A stretch of 64,000 bases of DNA, taken from assembly GCA_964016885.1 (NCBI GenBank), contig OZ024740.1:157108001-157172000 (forward strand), written 5' to 3'. The position numbers and the translations under genes are program-made. This document shows positions 13,261 to 27,160 of the stretch, one piece after another (position 1 is the stretch's first letter; every line of letters starts with the position of its first letter). The notes below the pieces were generated by a model. It was not told the DNA's origin. It was given only the letters and a program-made list of their open reading frames with translations, and searched no databases. Source of the stretch: Eledone cirrhosa (lineage: Eukaryota).

Positions 13261-13758
13261 TGTAGATAAATCTACCAAAATATACGGTAGTGTCCAATCC
13301 GTATGAAGAACTCAATGTAATCCAAATATCATGAAAAGAGAAGATGTATTCAAAGTTTTTTCGATGAAAAACACAGGAAAACAGAGTCAATATAAATTAA
13401 TAAAAATAATGAATAAAAACAAAGAAAAAGTTCCTTATATTAAAAAATTCATCATTTTACGATCGTTTGTAGGATATATATGTGTGTGTTGGTATGTATA
13501 TCATATAGATCTATGTAAAAATTTTACAAACTATCAGAGGAAATATACATACCTACACATATATATGCTGTCTTCTGAAGACAGCATATCTATGTGTAGG
13601 TATGTATATTCCCTCTGATAGTTTGTAAAATGTTTACATAGATCTATATGATATACATACCAACACACATATATATCCTAGAAACGATCGTAAAATGATG
13701 AATTTTTTAATATAAGGAACTGTTTCTTTGTTTTTATTCATTATTTTTATTAATTTAA

Positions 13759-13765
<7 letters not shown>
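13261..13765. mobile_element. Palindromic (TA)n-anchored module
   Basis: Arms ~13394-13573 and ~13575-13757 are centred at gctgtcttc-t-gaagacagc. The left arm has an extra terminus shared with 6711-6870. GAAA-cgatcg-TA (HHR 3'-half-like) at ~13681. Confidence 0.75.
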
Positions 13766-13810
<45 letters not shown>

Positions 13811-14155
13811 ATGTGTATCTGTGTGTGTGTGTGTGTGTGTGTCTGTGTGTGTGTGCGTGTGTGTGTGTGTGTGTGTGTGCGTGTGTGCTCAAATATTGTT
13901 CCTTCTCACTTCTTGCTCTCGTTCAGAATTTATTGTAGATTCTTAATGAAGATGAATAAACTCCTGGAAATAACTATCTTTCCTCGAAAGGTCGTCAATA
14001 ATATCGAAAGCAAGCTGAGCCTGATCCCAATTTCCTTCTATTAACAATGATAAATGTGAAAGGGGTTGAACTGATATGAAACCTTATACTTAAATATATA
14101 AATTGTTAGTTTCATATGTTTCTATATGCTTGCGCGCAACAACACACACACACAC

Positions 14156-14204
<49 letters not shown>

Positions 14205-14671
14205 CTAGCAGATGTACCCGGGGTTGCTAGGAAAATGAATGACACCCTGTTTGTTCATATAAAGAGAGCCAAAGGTTGAGCAAAGAATTGAAATGTAATT
14301 GTAAAAAAAAGTTTAACAAAATGGGTGTACAGTGACATGATTGAGTGAAATAAACGGCAAAATAAAAACAATTCATGGGGTAGCTTGAGTTAATTGACGT
14401 GAATGATTTCAGGTCCGGCCTGCTGTAGTAGGTATGAGTAAGGGGATAAAGATGGAATAGACGCACCGTATGTCCTTCAGTAGACTAAACCCTATGCGTA
14501 AGATGCCGCTGCCACTACCACGTTGACCATCCACTGGACATAGAAATATCATTCCTTGAAGCAACTATTCCCCCTCAACGCCTGAATACACGATGAGAAT
14601 GAGCAAAAAGGTTAAGTTAATCAAAACGAAGACACTGTTGCCGAGAATGCTGCTGCACGATTTTCAGAGGC

Positions 14672-14762
14672 CATAGCGAGTCAAACTGCTAGGTTAGGGG
14701 GACATAGCGAGTCAAACTGCTAGGTTAGGAGGACATAGCGAGTCAAACTGCTAGGTTAGGGG
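14672..14762. repeat. 31-bp tandem repeat x3 in the Helitron 3' region
   Basis: catagcgagtcaaactgctaggttagg(g/a)gga starting at 14672, 14703 and 14734. Confidence 0.9.
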
Positions 14763-15037
14763 GTAAATTCCAAGTAATCAATGACATAGAATGCATTTTA
14801 AGGCAATCATTTTCGCAATGGTCATTGTTGTAACATGAAAAGGTTTTATATAATGAACTAAGAAGCAGAAAGAAGAACTCTACCTGCCCTAACTGCTCTG
14901 ATATTCCAACCGGCTTCATGTTAATAACATGCTATCCGGTTCTATCCGGTCATGTATGTGTGCTAGTCATGAGTGCCTGGGTGTGTTTGTTGTGAGTATG
15001 AAGGACCGAAAACCAAACAAACGGCATGAATCGGTTT

Positions 15038-18000
15038 CTACAGAACCTCATGATAGACGATGTTCTTTGTTTTACCCCTGGGAAGAAAGGCAAAGATATT
15101 GTCCCGACTCCCGACTCTGGAGCATGCAACGTATAAGTGGCTATGTGAGAAATATGGCTCTTCCAGGTGAAGACCTGCCACTGAAAGTGTCTGGCTCTGG
15201 GACTTATTGACGGACATTGCAAAGCACACACGAAACGGAAATTGTGATCGCCTGAAAGTGAAATGAATGTCCGCCCCTGATGTAGTCAGGTGGACCCTGG
15301 GTATTAGTGCATCCTCTCCCTTTCCACACCCAGTGAGAATTGTGGCCTCTATCAGGCGCGGAGATATCTTTTTGACCACAAGGCGCGTGCCATTACAGAG
15401 TTTTGGTGGGGTTTGATTCCTCAAAAGCATCACGGGGGTTCCCTCTTTCAGCTTTAATATGTGGGGAGGTAGTCCTGGAGGATTCCCGGAGTTAAGAAAT
15501 TCAGTGGGTAATTCACTGCCTCCTGCGGATCTGGGACAATATCAACGGATTTAAATGTGTGAAGCTCACCAGGAAGGCACTGCAGTAACTGGTCGTTGAT
15601 TCCACTGACAGTGCTATTTTTCGGAGCCAGGATGGCTCTTTCACATAACCAACGCTGGTCTCTGAAGTTTTCTTGTAGATTAGATTGGGGAAAACTCTTG
15701 CCTTCAGGTCAGCCACAGTTGTAACAGTAGTGCAAAGGTCGTCGATGAGTATGTCGCCATGTGCATCCATAGGAATCCTGCTACCGCCCAGTGCAAGGAG
15801 GTCCTGAGCAAATTTTTCTGAAGAAGGGTCGCCGTGCTGCTGTGCCCGCATATTCGTAGACAGCCTCAAAGTTTTTACATGCTGCCAAAGTGAAGAAGAC
15901 TTTAGACAGGCGCGTACCTCATCGGCTCGCGTTCCTTTGGGTATGACGGGAAGAGTTTGTCTGAAGTCTCCTGACAGTAGCAGAGTAACACCTCCCATGG
16001 GATCTTCACAATCCTTGATATCTCGCAAGGTCCTATCAAGTGCCTCGAGAGCACCTTTGTGTGCCATTGTGCATTTATCCCATACAATGAAGTCGCACCT
16101 CCTCAGCAGTTGTCCTCAATCGGAGTTTTTAGCAATGTTGCATGATGGAGTTTCTGAGGACGCTAAATTGAGGGGAAGTTTAAAACAGGAGTGTGCTGTC
16201 CTGCCACCAGGCGGCAATGTTGGAGCAATACTAGACGATGCTAATGCTAGCGCGATTTTTTTCTGCTGCCTTAAATTAGCGAGCAGTAGTTTAATAACAA
16301 ACGTTTTTCCAGTCCCTCCGGGAGCATCCAGGAAGAAGATGCCCCCTTTCCGAAGAACTACGGAATCAGAGATAGTGTTGTACGCGAGTAGCTGGTCGGG
16401 AAGTAGTTTTGGCATAGTATCATCGACGTATTTTGCGAGGGCGACAACGTCATATGACGTTTCTCGGATGATGTCAGTGGGGAGTTTATTTGAATCCGAT
16501 CGTAGGGTTTGCGGCAGGCCATATGTCGGTAAAGTACCCCCCCCCCATGAATATTGATCGGTCTTCTAAACTAATAAGTGCCCTATTGTAGACATCATCG
16601 CAGAAGCCTACGTCAACATTTGGAAGCAGTAGCTGGGCCTAGTATCTGAAGTCCTCAGGCATGTGGTTTCTATATTTTAACCACAAAGAATCAGGATCAG
16701 GAAAATCGCACGCGTGCAGCATAAGTGCGAATAACTTTGTGCGAATGTAGTGCACAATAGGCCATCAACAGTTCTGAGGCTGGGGAAACCTGTAAAAGCA
16801 GGCGCAGGTAGAAGCACTCGTGCTGGTTGGGATGAACCATATAAACTCTCTCCAGGCAAGAGTCAAATCGGATGCCGGGGTATCCATCAACATACTGGCC
16901 TGCCTTTCTCCGTGTCCATGATATTTTGTTCCAGGTGTAATATAATGGCACCTGTGGATACAGCAGCATTCGAGCGAACTGGCTTTGCTGGCAGAGCCTA
17001 AAAAACGCTGTGGGTGTTGTTTCCTTCAGCTCATCTGCAAGCTGAAAAGCATTGTTGTTGTTGAAATAAATACATTGCCCATTCTCAAGGTGAACCGCAA
17101 GCTTTTCAATTGCAGGATGCCTCTGATGTATGGGAAAACCAATAATCTGCCAGAAGGCCTCGTTGCTGTTTATGTATCGCCCCACCTGATAGTGCGTAAC
17201 TTCTTCGCGGGAGGATTCATTATGAAAGGCGAACATAGCAGCATCTGAGCCCTTGTTGACGTACTTGAAGACATACTTGATGGACTTAATGGAATTGCAG
17301 AACTCAACATTGATATGGGCATTGAATGTCTTAAGGAGGAGTGGACAGTAAGGTACAATCCATCTGTTGTCCACCTCGAAGTTACCAACCTTTGCAGTAA
17401 ACCCCCCATCCTCAGGACTTCTTCGGTATAATGGATACCCGTCATGACCGGTCTGGGTTTCGAGAATGAACTTTCTGGGGTATCTTTTGGAGCACCCATT
17501 GTCCTTCATACATGGGGGGGGGGGGGACAAATTGAAGCCACGCCCACACGGACCATGCACCATGTGTGTCTTAACCTGAACTCAGAGTTCCCTATCAGTT
17601 GATGGGTCGGGAAACTCTGCCGATATAATTCTGTTGATGTCATTAGATGTAATCTTTGTCGTTAACCAAATCAAGATGTGTGCATGTGGCAGACCTCTTT
17701 TTTGCCATTCAATTGTATACATGTCACACTTAATAGGTCCAAATATATGGCCTGTTTTAATAAGGTACATCAGTTTAATTAATCGAAGCCTAAATACTCT
17801 TCCTGTGAGATCATGCCTGCCTTTGGCCTTTTGACCAGGAAAAGGTTCATTCTTGATCTCCGGCCACTTGGGGTTGCAAGTAAAAGTAATAAATAAATCC
17901 GGCCTGCCATAATGCCGTACATATGTCATGGCGTCCTGCGTTCTTTCATGCATATATCTGGGGCTCCCGGTGAAAGATGAGGGCAGTATGCACACTTGAC

Positions 18001-19609
18001 CTAGGCTTCCCCGATCTGCATCACCGTTGATTCCTTCACGGATGTGGATGTAACTGTCACAACGAAGCTGTTTTTTATTCAGTCTGATGAAACACAAACT
18101 TTCCGACTCCATTTTTGCACACATGTCAACAGCGAATTGGTTGAAGAGATCTTGTGAACGGTGAAGGTGATTGAGGGAGGATTCTCGGATCATGAAACGG
18201 AATGCGTAGAAGTCCATACAGGAAACTTTTTTGGTTGGGTGCTCAGCCTGATTGTTAGTCGTATGCTGCGGAATGCCAAAATGGCATCCATCTTCCTCAT
18301 TCACAAAGAGCAGTGGATACTGGAGTGCATCGTAGGATCTCTGTATCTCACTGATGCGCTGGGGGGAGTTGTCTCGGTGTTTGATGACAATGTCTCTTTT
18401 GTTGTTCTGTTCACCGTGCAGGACAATGGCTATTTCATTGCACGAGGGTGCATTATAGCGGCCGGCATGTTCCTCCGACGGTTTCTTGTCAGCATTAATG
18501 ATAATGTTAAAGTCATCCAAAGGCGCTGATTCCAAAGCACATTTGAAGCTCCTGACATAGCTGTTGTTCCTATGAAGCATGTCTTGAAGTTGAAGTAGGA
18601 TATCCAAATCAGTATCGTTGGTAATGGTGTGTCGCCTGGTAATTTGTTGGTGGAAGTTTGCAATGAAGTATACTTGAAGAAACCGGGGTTCCTCCTTTTC
18701 CAAAGGATGCAGTGGTCCAATAAGATGGTACACCTGCCCCTGAACCTTGAAAGTAGGCATAAATCCAGCCTCCGTGATGCGCTGCGCTCCGAAAGAGGTC
18801 ATCTGGAAGGCGCAATTGTATTGACGGATGTGACGAAGGAAGCCTCGAGACTCCGACGTAGTTCCGGTAAGAAGAAGCTGCAATGGTTGTGGCGTATCCT
18901 GAAGAGGGGGCAAGTGTACATTGGAGCAGCAGATTGCTGCAGGTTCTGCTGACCATTTTTTGGCCCTACAAAACTGACAAGTGGTGGACATGCTGCCGAT
19001 TGCAATATCAGAATGGTGTGAATAGTTTTCTAATGGGTCATAATTAAATGCCTTCAATGACCATCGTGAGCGGGAAGGTCTTGAAATACCCTGTACATTT
19101 GCTCTGCGGTGAACAGTACCCCCCGACTGGGCGGTTTGGTTAGAGGTGGCCTCGAAAATCCGTCCCGCAGCAGTAGCATCAGCATCTCTGTTTCGAAGAA
19201 GTTCACCTTGTTGCTCATTCTCTGCATATCGAGCAGCTGCCGTTGCTGCAGCACCACTTGCAAGGCGAATTTCACGTTGTTCATTGGTCATAACAGTTCG
19301 TGCGGCTGCAGTTGCGGAAGCATCTCTGGTTTGGCGAAGTTGGCGTTGTTCGTCATTCTCATTAGCTCGTACAGCTGATGTTGCGGCAGCATTTCTGTTC
19401 AGACGATTTTTGCGTTGTACGCCATTCTCAGCAACTCGTGCGGCTGCAGTTGCTGTGGCATTTCGTGTTTGGCGACGTAAACGTCGTTCTTCATTCTCAG
19501 CAACTCGTGCTATGTTTTCTGACTGACTTATTTCATGATCAATCCTTGCCTTCTTCGTCTGATATTTGGCCGACTGCCGCCCAATTGAAGGTTTTCTCTT
19601 TTTAGGCAT
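15038..19609 (-). pseudogene. Helitron RepHel transposase, split over at least 5 ORF fragments
   Basis: Rep motifs PDLFITFTCNPKWPEI, EWQKRGLPHAHIL (HUH) and KYVFKYVNKG (Y2). Helicase motifs FLDAPGGTGKTF, LLSGDFRQTLPV, LCNGTRL and [20 protein letters not shown]. Likely start MPKKRK at 19609. Confidence 0.95.
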
Positions 19610-20305
19610 TATCTCGCGGAGTACCAAACTGTTGGCCTAAGTGGGGAAAGTAGCAAAAACTTGAGAAGTTTAAACTTAGATGTTATGCATTGAGAACGAT
19701 AATTTAGAGGTTAATAATTTAAATGGAAGAAGAAAAGGTTTAAAAGTAAAAGCACACAATATTCGGAGATTCGCAATGTCAACTTAAATTGAGAGAACTG
19801 CTAATGTGCATCTTACGCCCGCATTAATGTACGGGGAGTAGAAAATTTAATCGTTTTAACTCCTGCGAAACATATAATATTTATTATTGGCATTAATCTA
19901 CGGTGGGCGTAAGGCAAATATAGATGGTAGTTTGGTAAAATTAACACAGGAATAACATCAACAACGTACCAGAAAGCTACAAAATACTCGTACAGTTGAT
20001 CGACTAACGTCGTGCTATCAAACGTATTTCTCACAGGAATATGCACGGTATATGTTCAGTCGTGTTGACTAATGTTAGTTGCGTAGTCCAATTAGAAATC
20101 GCGACCTTCAATCGGGCGAATTGTTCGAGGTCGTTTATGGCTTAGCTAGCAATTTCTGAGAGCATGTCAGCTTATGTCAGCTAATTGGCGAGCCAATTAA
20201 AGGTCGCCTCAATAGCACGGGCCAAATCGGCCAAGTACTTCAAAAGTTAAAAGGAGCCTAGTATTTGTACACAGACAGACACACACACAGACCGACTTGC
20301 TCGTA

Positions 20306-20813
20306 TATATATATATATATATATTATATATACACACATATATATTTATATATATATATATTATATATATATATATATATATGTTATATATATTATATAT
20401 TTATATATATATTATATATATATATATATGTTATATATATTATATATTTATATATATATATTATATATAAATATATTATATATTATATATTATATATATA
20501 TATTATATATTATATATTATATATATATAAATATATTATATATTATATATTTTATATTATATATATATATTATATATTATATATTATATATATATATTAT
20601 ATATTATATATTATATATATATATATAAATATATTATATATTATATATTATATATTATATATTATATATATATATTATATATTATATATTATATATATAT
20701 ATTATATATTATATATATATATTATATATTATATATATTATATATATATATATATTATATATATATATTATATATATATTATATATATATATATATTAAA
20801 TATATATTTTATA

Positions 20814-20882
<69 letters not shown>

Positions 20883-21011
20883 ATATATATTATATATATA
20901 TTATATATATTATATATATATATATATTATATATATATATTATATATATATTATATATATATATATTATGTATATATTTTATATATATATTATATATATA
21001 TATATATATGT

Positions 21012-21044
<33 letters not shown>

Positions 21045-21069
21045 ATATATATATATTATATATATATAT

Positions 21070-21101
<32 letters not shown>

Positions 21102-21185
21102 ATTATATATATATATATATTATATATATATATATATTATATATATATATATTATATATATATATATTATATATATATATATATA
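20306..21185. repeat. (TA)n microsatellite with TATTA variants
   Basis: Seen directly. Confidence 0.95.
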
Positions 21186-22888
21186 TAGTATTAGTTATAC
21201 TATTTATGGTTATGCAAATACAAAACCTTAAGCAGTTGTAAGTATTTTACACACACCCTAAATAGTGGTAGGCAGTAATGTATTACTACCTTATTACCAG
21301 TAAGTTAAGTAGCTCAATGTAAAAACATCAGATGGTTTACAGAGCAGTTATATGAAATATAAGAATCAAAGAACTGCTCAAAACATTATTGTGCTTACAG
21401 CTGTTTCCTCCAAACCGAGGTTTGGATTCTTCGGAGCAATTTATTAATGCATGGACAGTTATATGACCTCCTTTTCAGCCGAGAGACATACCAAATACAT
21501 ATTCAAACATTGATACATATTCAAACATTGTGGGTCAACATTCATTACAGAATTTAGAGTGGCAGTACACACTTCGAGATTACATTTATATTAATAGGTA
21601 CAATCAAAAATCAAAGATATAGGTTAAAGTACAACATGAAGATAAGTGGTTATATAGTGCAAATGTTATATGTGTGGCACGCATGTGCGTCTTGTTTATA
21701 TAGTGTGGCAGAGAGATATGTGTGGTAGAGGCACTTAGGTAGGTAAATAAGAGTGTTAGGTTGGTAGATCTGGTGGCAAAATCTTTATATGATTGATATA
21801 GTTTGTGTGTGGAGAAATATTATAAGCATTAAAGATAGTGCAAGCATTAAAAGTGTTAAAAGTGTTATAAGTATTGGAGATGCACAGCGCAGGGATGTCA
21901 AGTATTTCATGTACTTCGGCATTTTCATGGTCAGGGGAGTGTATATTTCGATTATATGCCTTTCACATAATCCACGACAATCCAGTTAGAGATCGTAGTC
22001 TGGTGTTCTTTAGTTCGATACAGGAGGTTGTTACGTTTCGAGAAACGCCATTGAATACCGGAAGTGTGTGTGTGGCTAAGGGGAGTTAATGCATGCGGGG
22101 AGGTAACTCTGGGGTTTCTATATCTAGCCATTAAAATGTGTCCCAATATAGACCCTAAATTCTATGGTGAAGTGCACCTTCCAAGAGAGACTTTTAAAGT
22201 ATAAAGTGTATTAACTATAGAGTAGTTTAACTAAGTTATGCTGAAGGTGATCATATTATTATGGTGGATTAACCCATCTTAAGGTGCTACAAATGGAAAT
22301 TATAGATGATGAGCGAGGATTCTAAATTAATGATCTCTGTGGTTGTAGTCTGCTCATATGACCAGGCGCGGTGACTGCAGGATTGCTTCAGGACCCAATG
22401 ATCTCTGGTAAGATCTGGGTCATCGCTTGCTACATTGGATGTCGAAAGATAATCGTCCCCAGGCAGGCCAAAGGTCAGTCCGCAGTCCTCGCGACCCCTC
22501 TCAGACCGTCAGATCCTCCATATACGTACAACCCGCACGGCAGTTGCATTGCATTCACTCACTGCGCCCAGCAGCCCGGTCCTACTGGTCAATAGCGCTA
22601 CTCGATTAAATCACTTTACATCTGTCTAAGGAAGGTGTTTCCTCTGCCCAACACTATCCAACCGATCAATTCATGCTCAAATTACCCTTAGAGCGGTGTA
22701 GTGCCGTTCAAGTGGGTGGATGTTGTCACACCTGCCGTAGAGGTATAAATGGGTATTTTCCCTGCGAAGGGTTCCGGAGGGATGTCGTTGTTTGTGTTAT
22801 AAAGGATCAGCTAGTGTTGGGTATGTAGTATAGGGTGTGTCTCTGGTGTTTGATGCTAGATGTGGTGTTAGGTTCTAGTCCGACATTG

Positions 22889-24266
22889 CTATATATAGGG
22901 CTTAAAGTTTTGGAAGGAATGTCTGAGGCGGTGCTGGCAAGTTGCAAACACCTCAGATTTTTTGTTAAGTAGGTTACGGTTGGAGAAGATAATATTGTGT
23001 GTCTCTAGTATACAGAGGTTACAGAATTTATTAGGTGGTTTGTAAGAGGTCGCGCTGCCTATCACTTCCCATTTGAGTGTGTATGGTTTATTTTTAGATT
23101 TTAGATAGTGTATGTAGCTAGAAAGTGAGGTGGAATTGGCTAGGCTGTGCTTTTTGAACGAGTGGATGTGCGAGTTATATCTGATTTTGAAGCAGTTAGA
23201 AGTGGAGCCTACATAGGTTTCTGAAGAGTTATTAGTCGTGACTGTGCATGAGTATATGACATCCTTGGTTAGGCATTTTTTATCTAAAGGGCAGGTTCTA
23301 TTAGCTCTACAGTTACAATTATCCTGTGCGTTAGTCCGCTGGTTATAATGCAATGCGGAAGTCTGTGTGGTGGATATAGGATTTTGGGTGTTCGGGTTGA
23401 CAACCCTGGTGTTATTACTTATACTAGTGTTATTTCTATTGTTACTGCCGTTGCTATGGTTGCTTGCTACAGTGGTATTTAGAGGGTTTGCATCCCGTTG
23501 TGATTTTGTTTGATGGAAGTAAGAACTAATTTTACTATTATTGCTGCTAGCTATGTGGTATGCTAAGTTAGGCGTCGTAGAGTATGAGATTTTAATGGTG
23601 TTTTTGTTTAAGAGGTTGTGGTACTTGTGTCCTAGAGGGAAGTTTTTATCTAGTAGTGAGAAGAAAGCCCTAGGTATGTTGGTGGAGACATTTAGGTTGA
23701 AAGGAGGGTTGAAAAATGTATTATTTCTTCTTCTATTTTTGCTTTTAGTGTTTGGTGTGTTGCTTCCTCCTAAGGCCCCACAGTAGTTTCCATGGTAATG
23801 GTTACTTCCGGTGGCACCCTCCGCTTTGGTGTACTTGTGGTTGCTATTCCTATTATTAGATTTCCTCATGGACATGTTGTGCGAGATGATGTTGTAGCTA
23901 TGTGTTTTCTTAGGTAGGAACTCAATTTCTATATTATGGCCGGAGCTAGCTAATGCTTGATTGTAATATTGTGAGTTTTTGCTAAATATGTTTGCGTCAT
24001 AGGACAGACTAGAGATTCTATTGGACACCCCCTTAGAGATAGAGTTTAATATTGATCTAGGGTGATTAGACTTGGTATCTACGTAAATAAGTTTCTCATT
24101 AGGCTTATGGAAAGGTGTATATATTTTTGAGTCTAGGTATAGTGTGGCGTCTAGGAAGTTAACATTTTTAGTGTTTTTGTCCATGGTGATACTAAGGTTA
24201 AAGTTTTTGAATGTCTTATGCAGTTGTTTTCTAGTTCTTTCTATATTAAATTTTTTATATTCTATA
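22889..24266 (-). pseudogene. PLE ORF: RT C-terminus/thumb, linker and GIY-YIG; open but 5'-truncated
   Basis: VNFLDATL, YTPFHKPN, SNHP, FFNPPF, CNCR..CPLDKKCL..VIY..YVGST..FKIRYNSH..SF, CNLCILE, LLNKKSE, CQHR. The first residues of the track ORF (MQALK) come from the inverted arm. Confidence 0.92.
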
Positions 24267-24679
24267 ACTTTTAATGCTTGCACTATCTTTAATGCTTATA
24301 ATATTTCTCCACACACAAACTATATCAATCATATAAAGATTTTGCCACCAGATCTACCAACCTAACACTCTTATTTACCTACCTAAGTGCCTCTACCACA
24401 CATATCTCTCAGCCACACTATATAAACAAGACGCACATGCGTGCCACACATATAACATTTGCACTATATAACCACTTATCTTCATGTTGTACTTTAACCT
24501 ATATCTTTGATTTTTGATTGTACCTATTAATATAAATGTAATCTCGAAGTGTGTATTGCCACTCTAAATTCTGTAATGAATGTTGACCCACAATGTTTGA
24601 ATATGTATCAATGTTTGAATATGTATTGGTATGTCTCTCGGCTGAAAAGGAGGTCATATAACTGTCCATGCATTAATAA

Positions 24680-24732
24680 ATTGCTCCGAAGAATCCAAAC
24701 CTCGGTTTGGAGGAAACAGCTGTAAGCACAAT
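24680..24732 (+). ncRNA. Hammerhead motif with U4C core (identical sense copy on - strand ~21388-21441)
   Basis: tgct CCGAAGA a-tccaaacc-tc-ggtttgga-g GAAA cagctg TA agca. Stem III is palindromic. Confidence 0.7.
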
Positions 24733-24770
24733 AATGTTTTGATCAGTTCTTTGATTCTTATATTTCATAT

Positions 24771-25250
<480 letters not shown>

Positions 25251-25639
25251 GTAGGAGGTGAGTTTTATTGTAGTACAATAAAGCAATATTTATAAGATAT
25301 CGGATAAGAAGCACTCTACAGTTTGTAGGACTGGAGTATACATAATATATAAGAACAAATGCAACCATTCTGGTTGGAATCTCCAGAATTGTTGCATTTT
25401 TTATGGGTATGTCAATATTTATTTATAAAACTAACCTATATTATATTTTATCTGATGAAAGCGCACCATAATTTGCTTTGGTGGCCCTTCAAATATGTAT
25501 AATGAAATAAATATGGTTTTATAAATATAGTTTCCATTTGTTAATATATTGTATATTTACTCCAATAATTTGTTGAGTGCTTTATATCAGTTAAAAAATT
25601 ATTTTGCTTCTTTTATCCCAACAAATTAAATATAACCTC

Positions 25640-25642
<3 letters not shown>
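25251..25642. mobile_element. Chimeric module: two different 3' termini back to back, with a decayed HHR
   Basis: 25251-25360 is the reverse complement homolog of 2170-2278. 25444-25642 is homologous to 53975-54170. The HHR has CTGATGA at 25452 but CAAA in place of GAAA. Confidence 0.75.
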
Positions 25643-25705
<63 letters not shown>

Positions 25706-25710
<5 letters not shown>

Positions 25711-26740
25711 GAATAATCGAGTATCGAAAAATCGGCGCACGAGTTCACGATAAACAAAATTCGATATGAGTGGCAGAGGGCTCAATAATCCAGATAAATC
25801 AGAGCTATAACTATCGTTAAAATACCAACACACATAGATCATGTCTAAAATCAACCATACGACCGAAAAATTACGATCTGGAAGATTCGGGTCACTCAGA
25901 TAAAATATCAATAAATCAATAAATCATATGAATGTAAAAAGCTTACCCGGACCCGCTAGAAAGATGGTAAATCTAGCTTCTTGGGTTTCGTTAAATCCTT
26001 AAATCGCCCACTATCAGCCCACATAAAAATATATAAGAGTTCTAGGGGGCAGCGGACAGGAATTACTTTCTCAACGAGCTTTTGTTCGAACGAATAAAAT
26101 GGCACAACCCAAGCTGAAAACGCACATGGAATTCAGCAAGGGAGATAACCTCTATATCCGCAAAAAATATTCGGGAAAATGTGGAAAATCACATATCGAA
26201 TAAGAGTGCTCAATAGACATGTTAAAATAAACAGGAGCTATTCATTGTTTAATAGAATCGACAAAAAATGAACAATAAAATTAACTGGTCAATAGCTAAG
26301 TCTAGAGCTAAATATAGTAGAATAATCGAGTATCGAAAAATCGGCGCACGAGTTCACGATAAACAAAATTCGATATGAGTGGCAGAGGGCTCAATAATTC
26401 AGATAAATCAGAGCTATAACTATCGTTAAAATACCAACACACATAGATCATGTCTAAAATCAACCATACGACCGAAAAAATACGATCTGGAAGATTCGGC
26501 TCACTCAGATAAAATATCAATAAATCAATAAATCATATGAATGTAAAAAGCTTACCCGGACCCGCTAGAAAGATGGTAAATCTAACTTCTTGGGTTTCTG
26601 TAAATCCTTAAATCGCCCACTATCAGCCCACATAAAAATATATAAGAGTTCTAGGGGGCAGCGGACAGGAATTACTTTCTCAACGAGCTTTTGTCCGAAC
26701 GAATAAAAAGGCACAACCCAAGCTGAAAACGCACATGGAA
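25706..26740. repeat. Tandem duplication, 609-bp period (one full plus one ~425-bp copy), between TA tracts
   Basis: tagtagaataatcgagtatcg starts at 25706 and 26315. The copies differ by scattered substitutions. Confidence 0.9.
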
Positions 26741-26887
26741 TATCATATGTATATATATATATCATATATATATATATAATATATATATATATACATATAT
26801 ATATATATTGTAATATATATATAATATATATAATATATATATATATATATATCATATATATATATATATATATATCATATATATATA

Positions 26888-26921
<34 letters not shown>

Positions 26922-26962
26922 TGTAATATATATATATATATTGTAATATATATATATATATA

Positions 26963-27006
<44 letters not shown>

Positions 27007-27044
27007 AATATATATATATATATTGTAATATATATATATATATA

Positions 27045-27129
<85 letters not shown>

Positions 27130-27160
27130 TGTAATATATATATATATTATATATATATTA
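26741..27160. repeat. (TA)n microsatellite with TTGTAA and TCATA variants
   Basis: Seen directly. Confidence 0.9.

Larger units (their letters stand above)
14205..20305 (-). mobile_element. Helitron, formerly autonomous, frameshifted
   Basis: 3' end ...gggtacatctgCTAG|T at 14205. Rep and Pif1-helicase ORF pieces inside. The 5' terminal region matches the non-autonomous copy at 32603-33014, but the 5' TC is lost in a (TA)n expansion. Confidence 0.93.
21186..24770 (-). mobile_element. 5'-truncated Naiad-type PLE with inverted pseudo-LTR
   Basis: Near-identical ~500-bp inverted arms at 21351-21854 and 24267-24770, each with an HHR. Extra 3' terminus at 21186-21350. (TA)n on both sides. Confidence 0.92.

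Noticed and set aside
14672-14762. Interstitial telomeric repeat (TTAGGG)
   Set aside because: Only isolated hexamers inside a 31-bp Helitron minisatellite.
14929-19605. + strand and alternate-frame ORFs over the Helitron (likewise antisense ORFs over the LINEs and PLEs)
   Set aside because: Shadow ORFs of GC-richer transposon coding sequence with no independent motifs.
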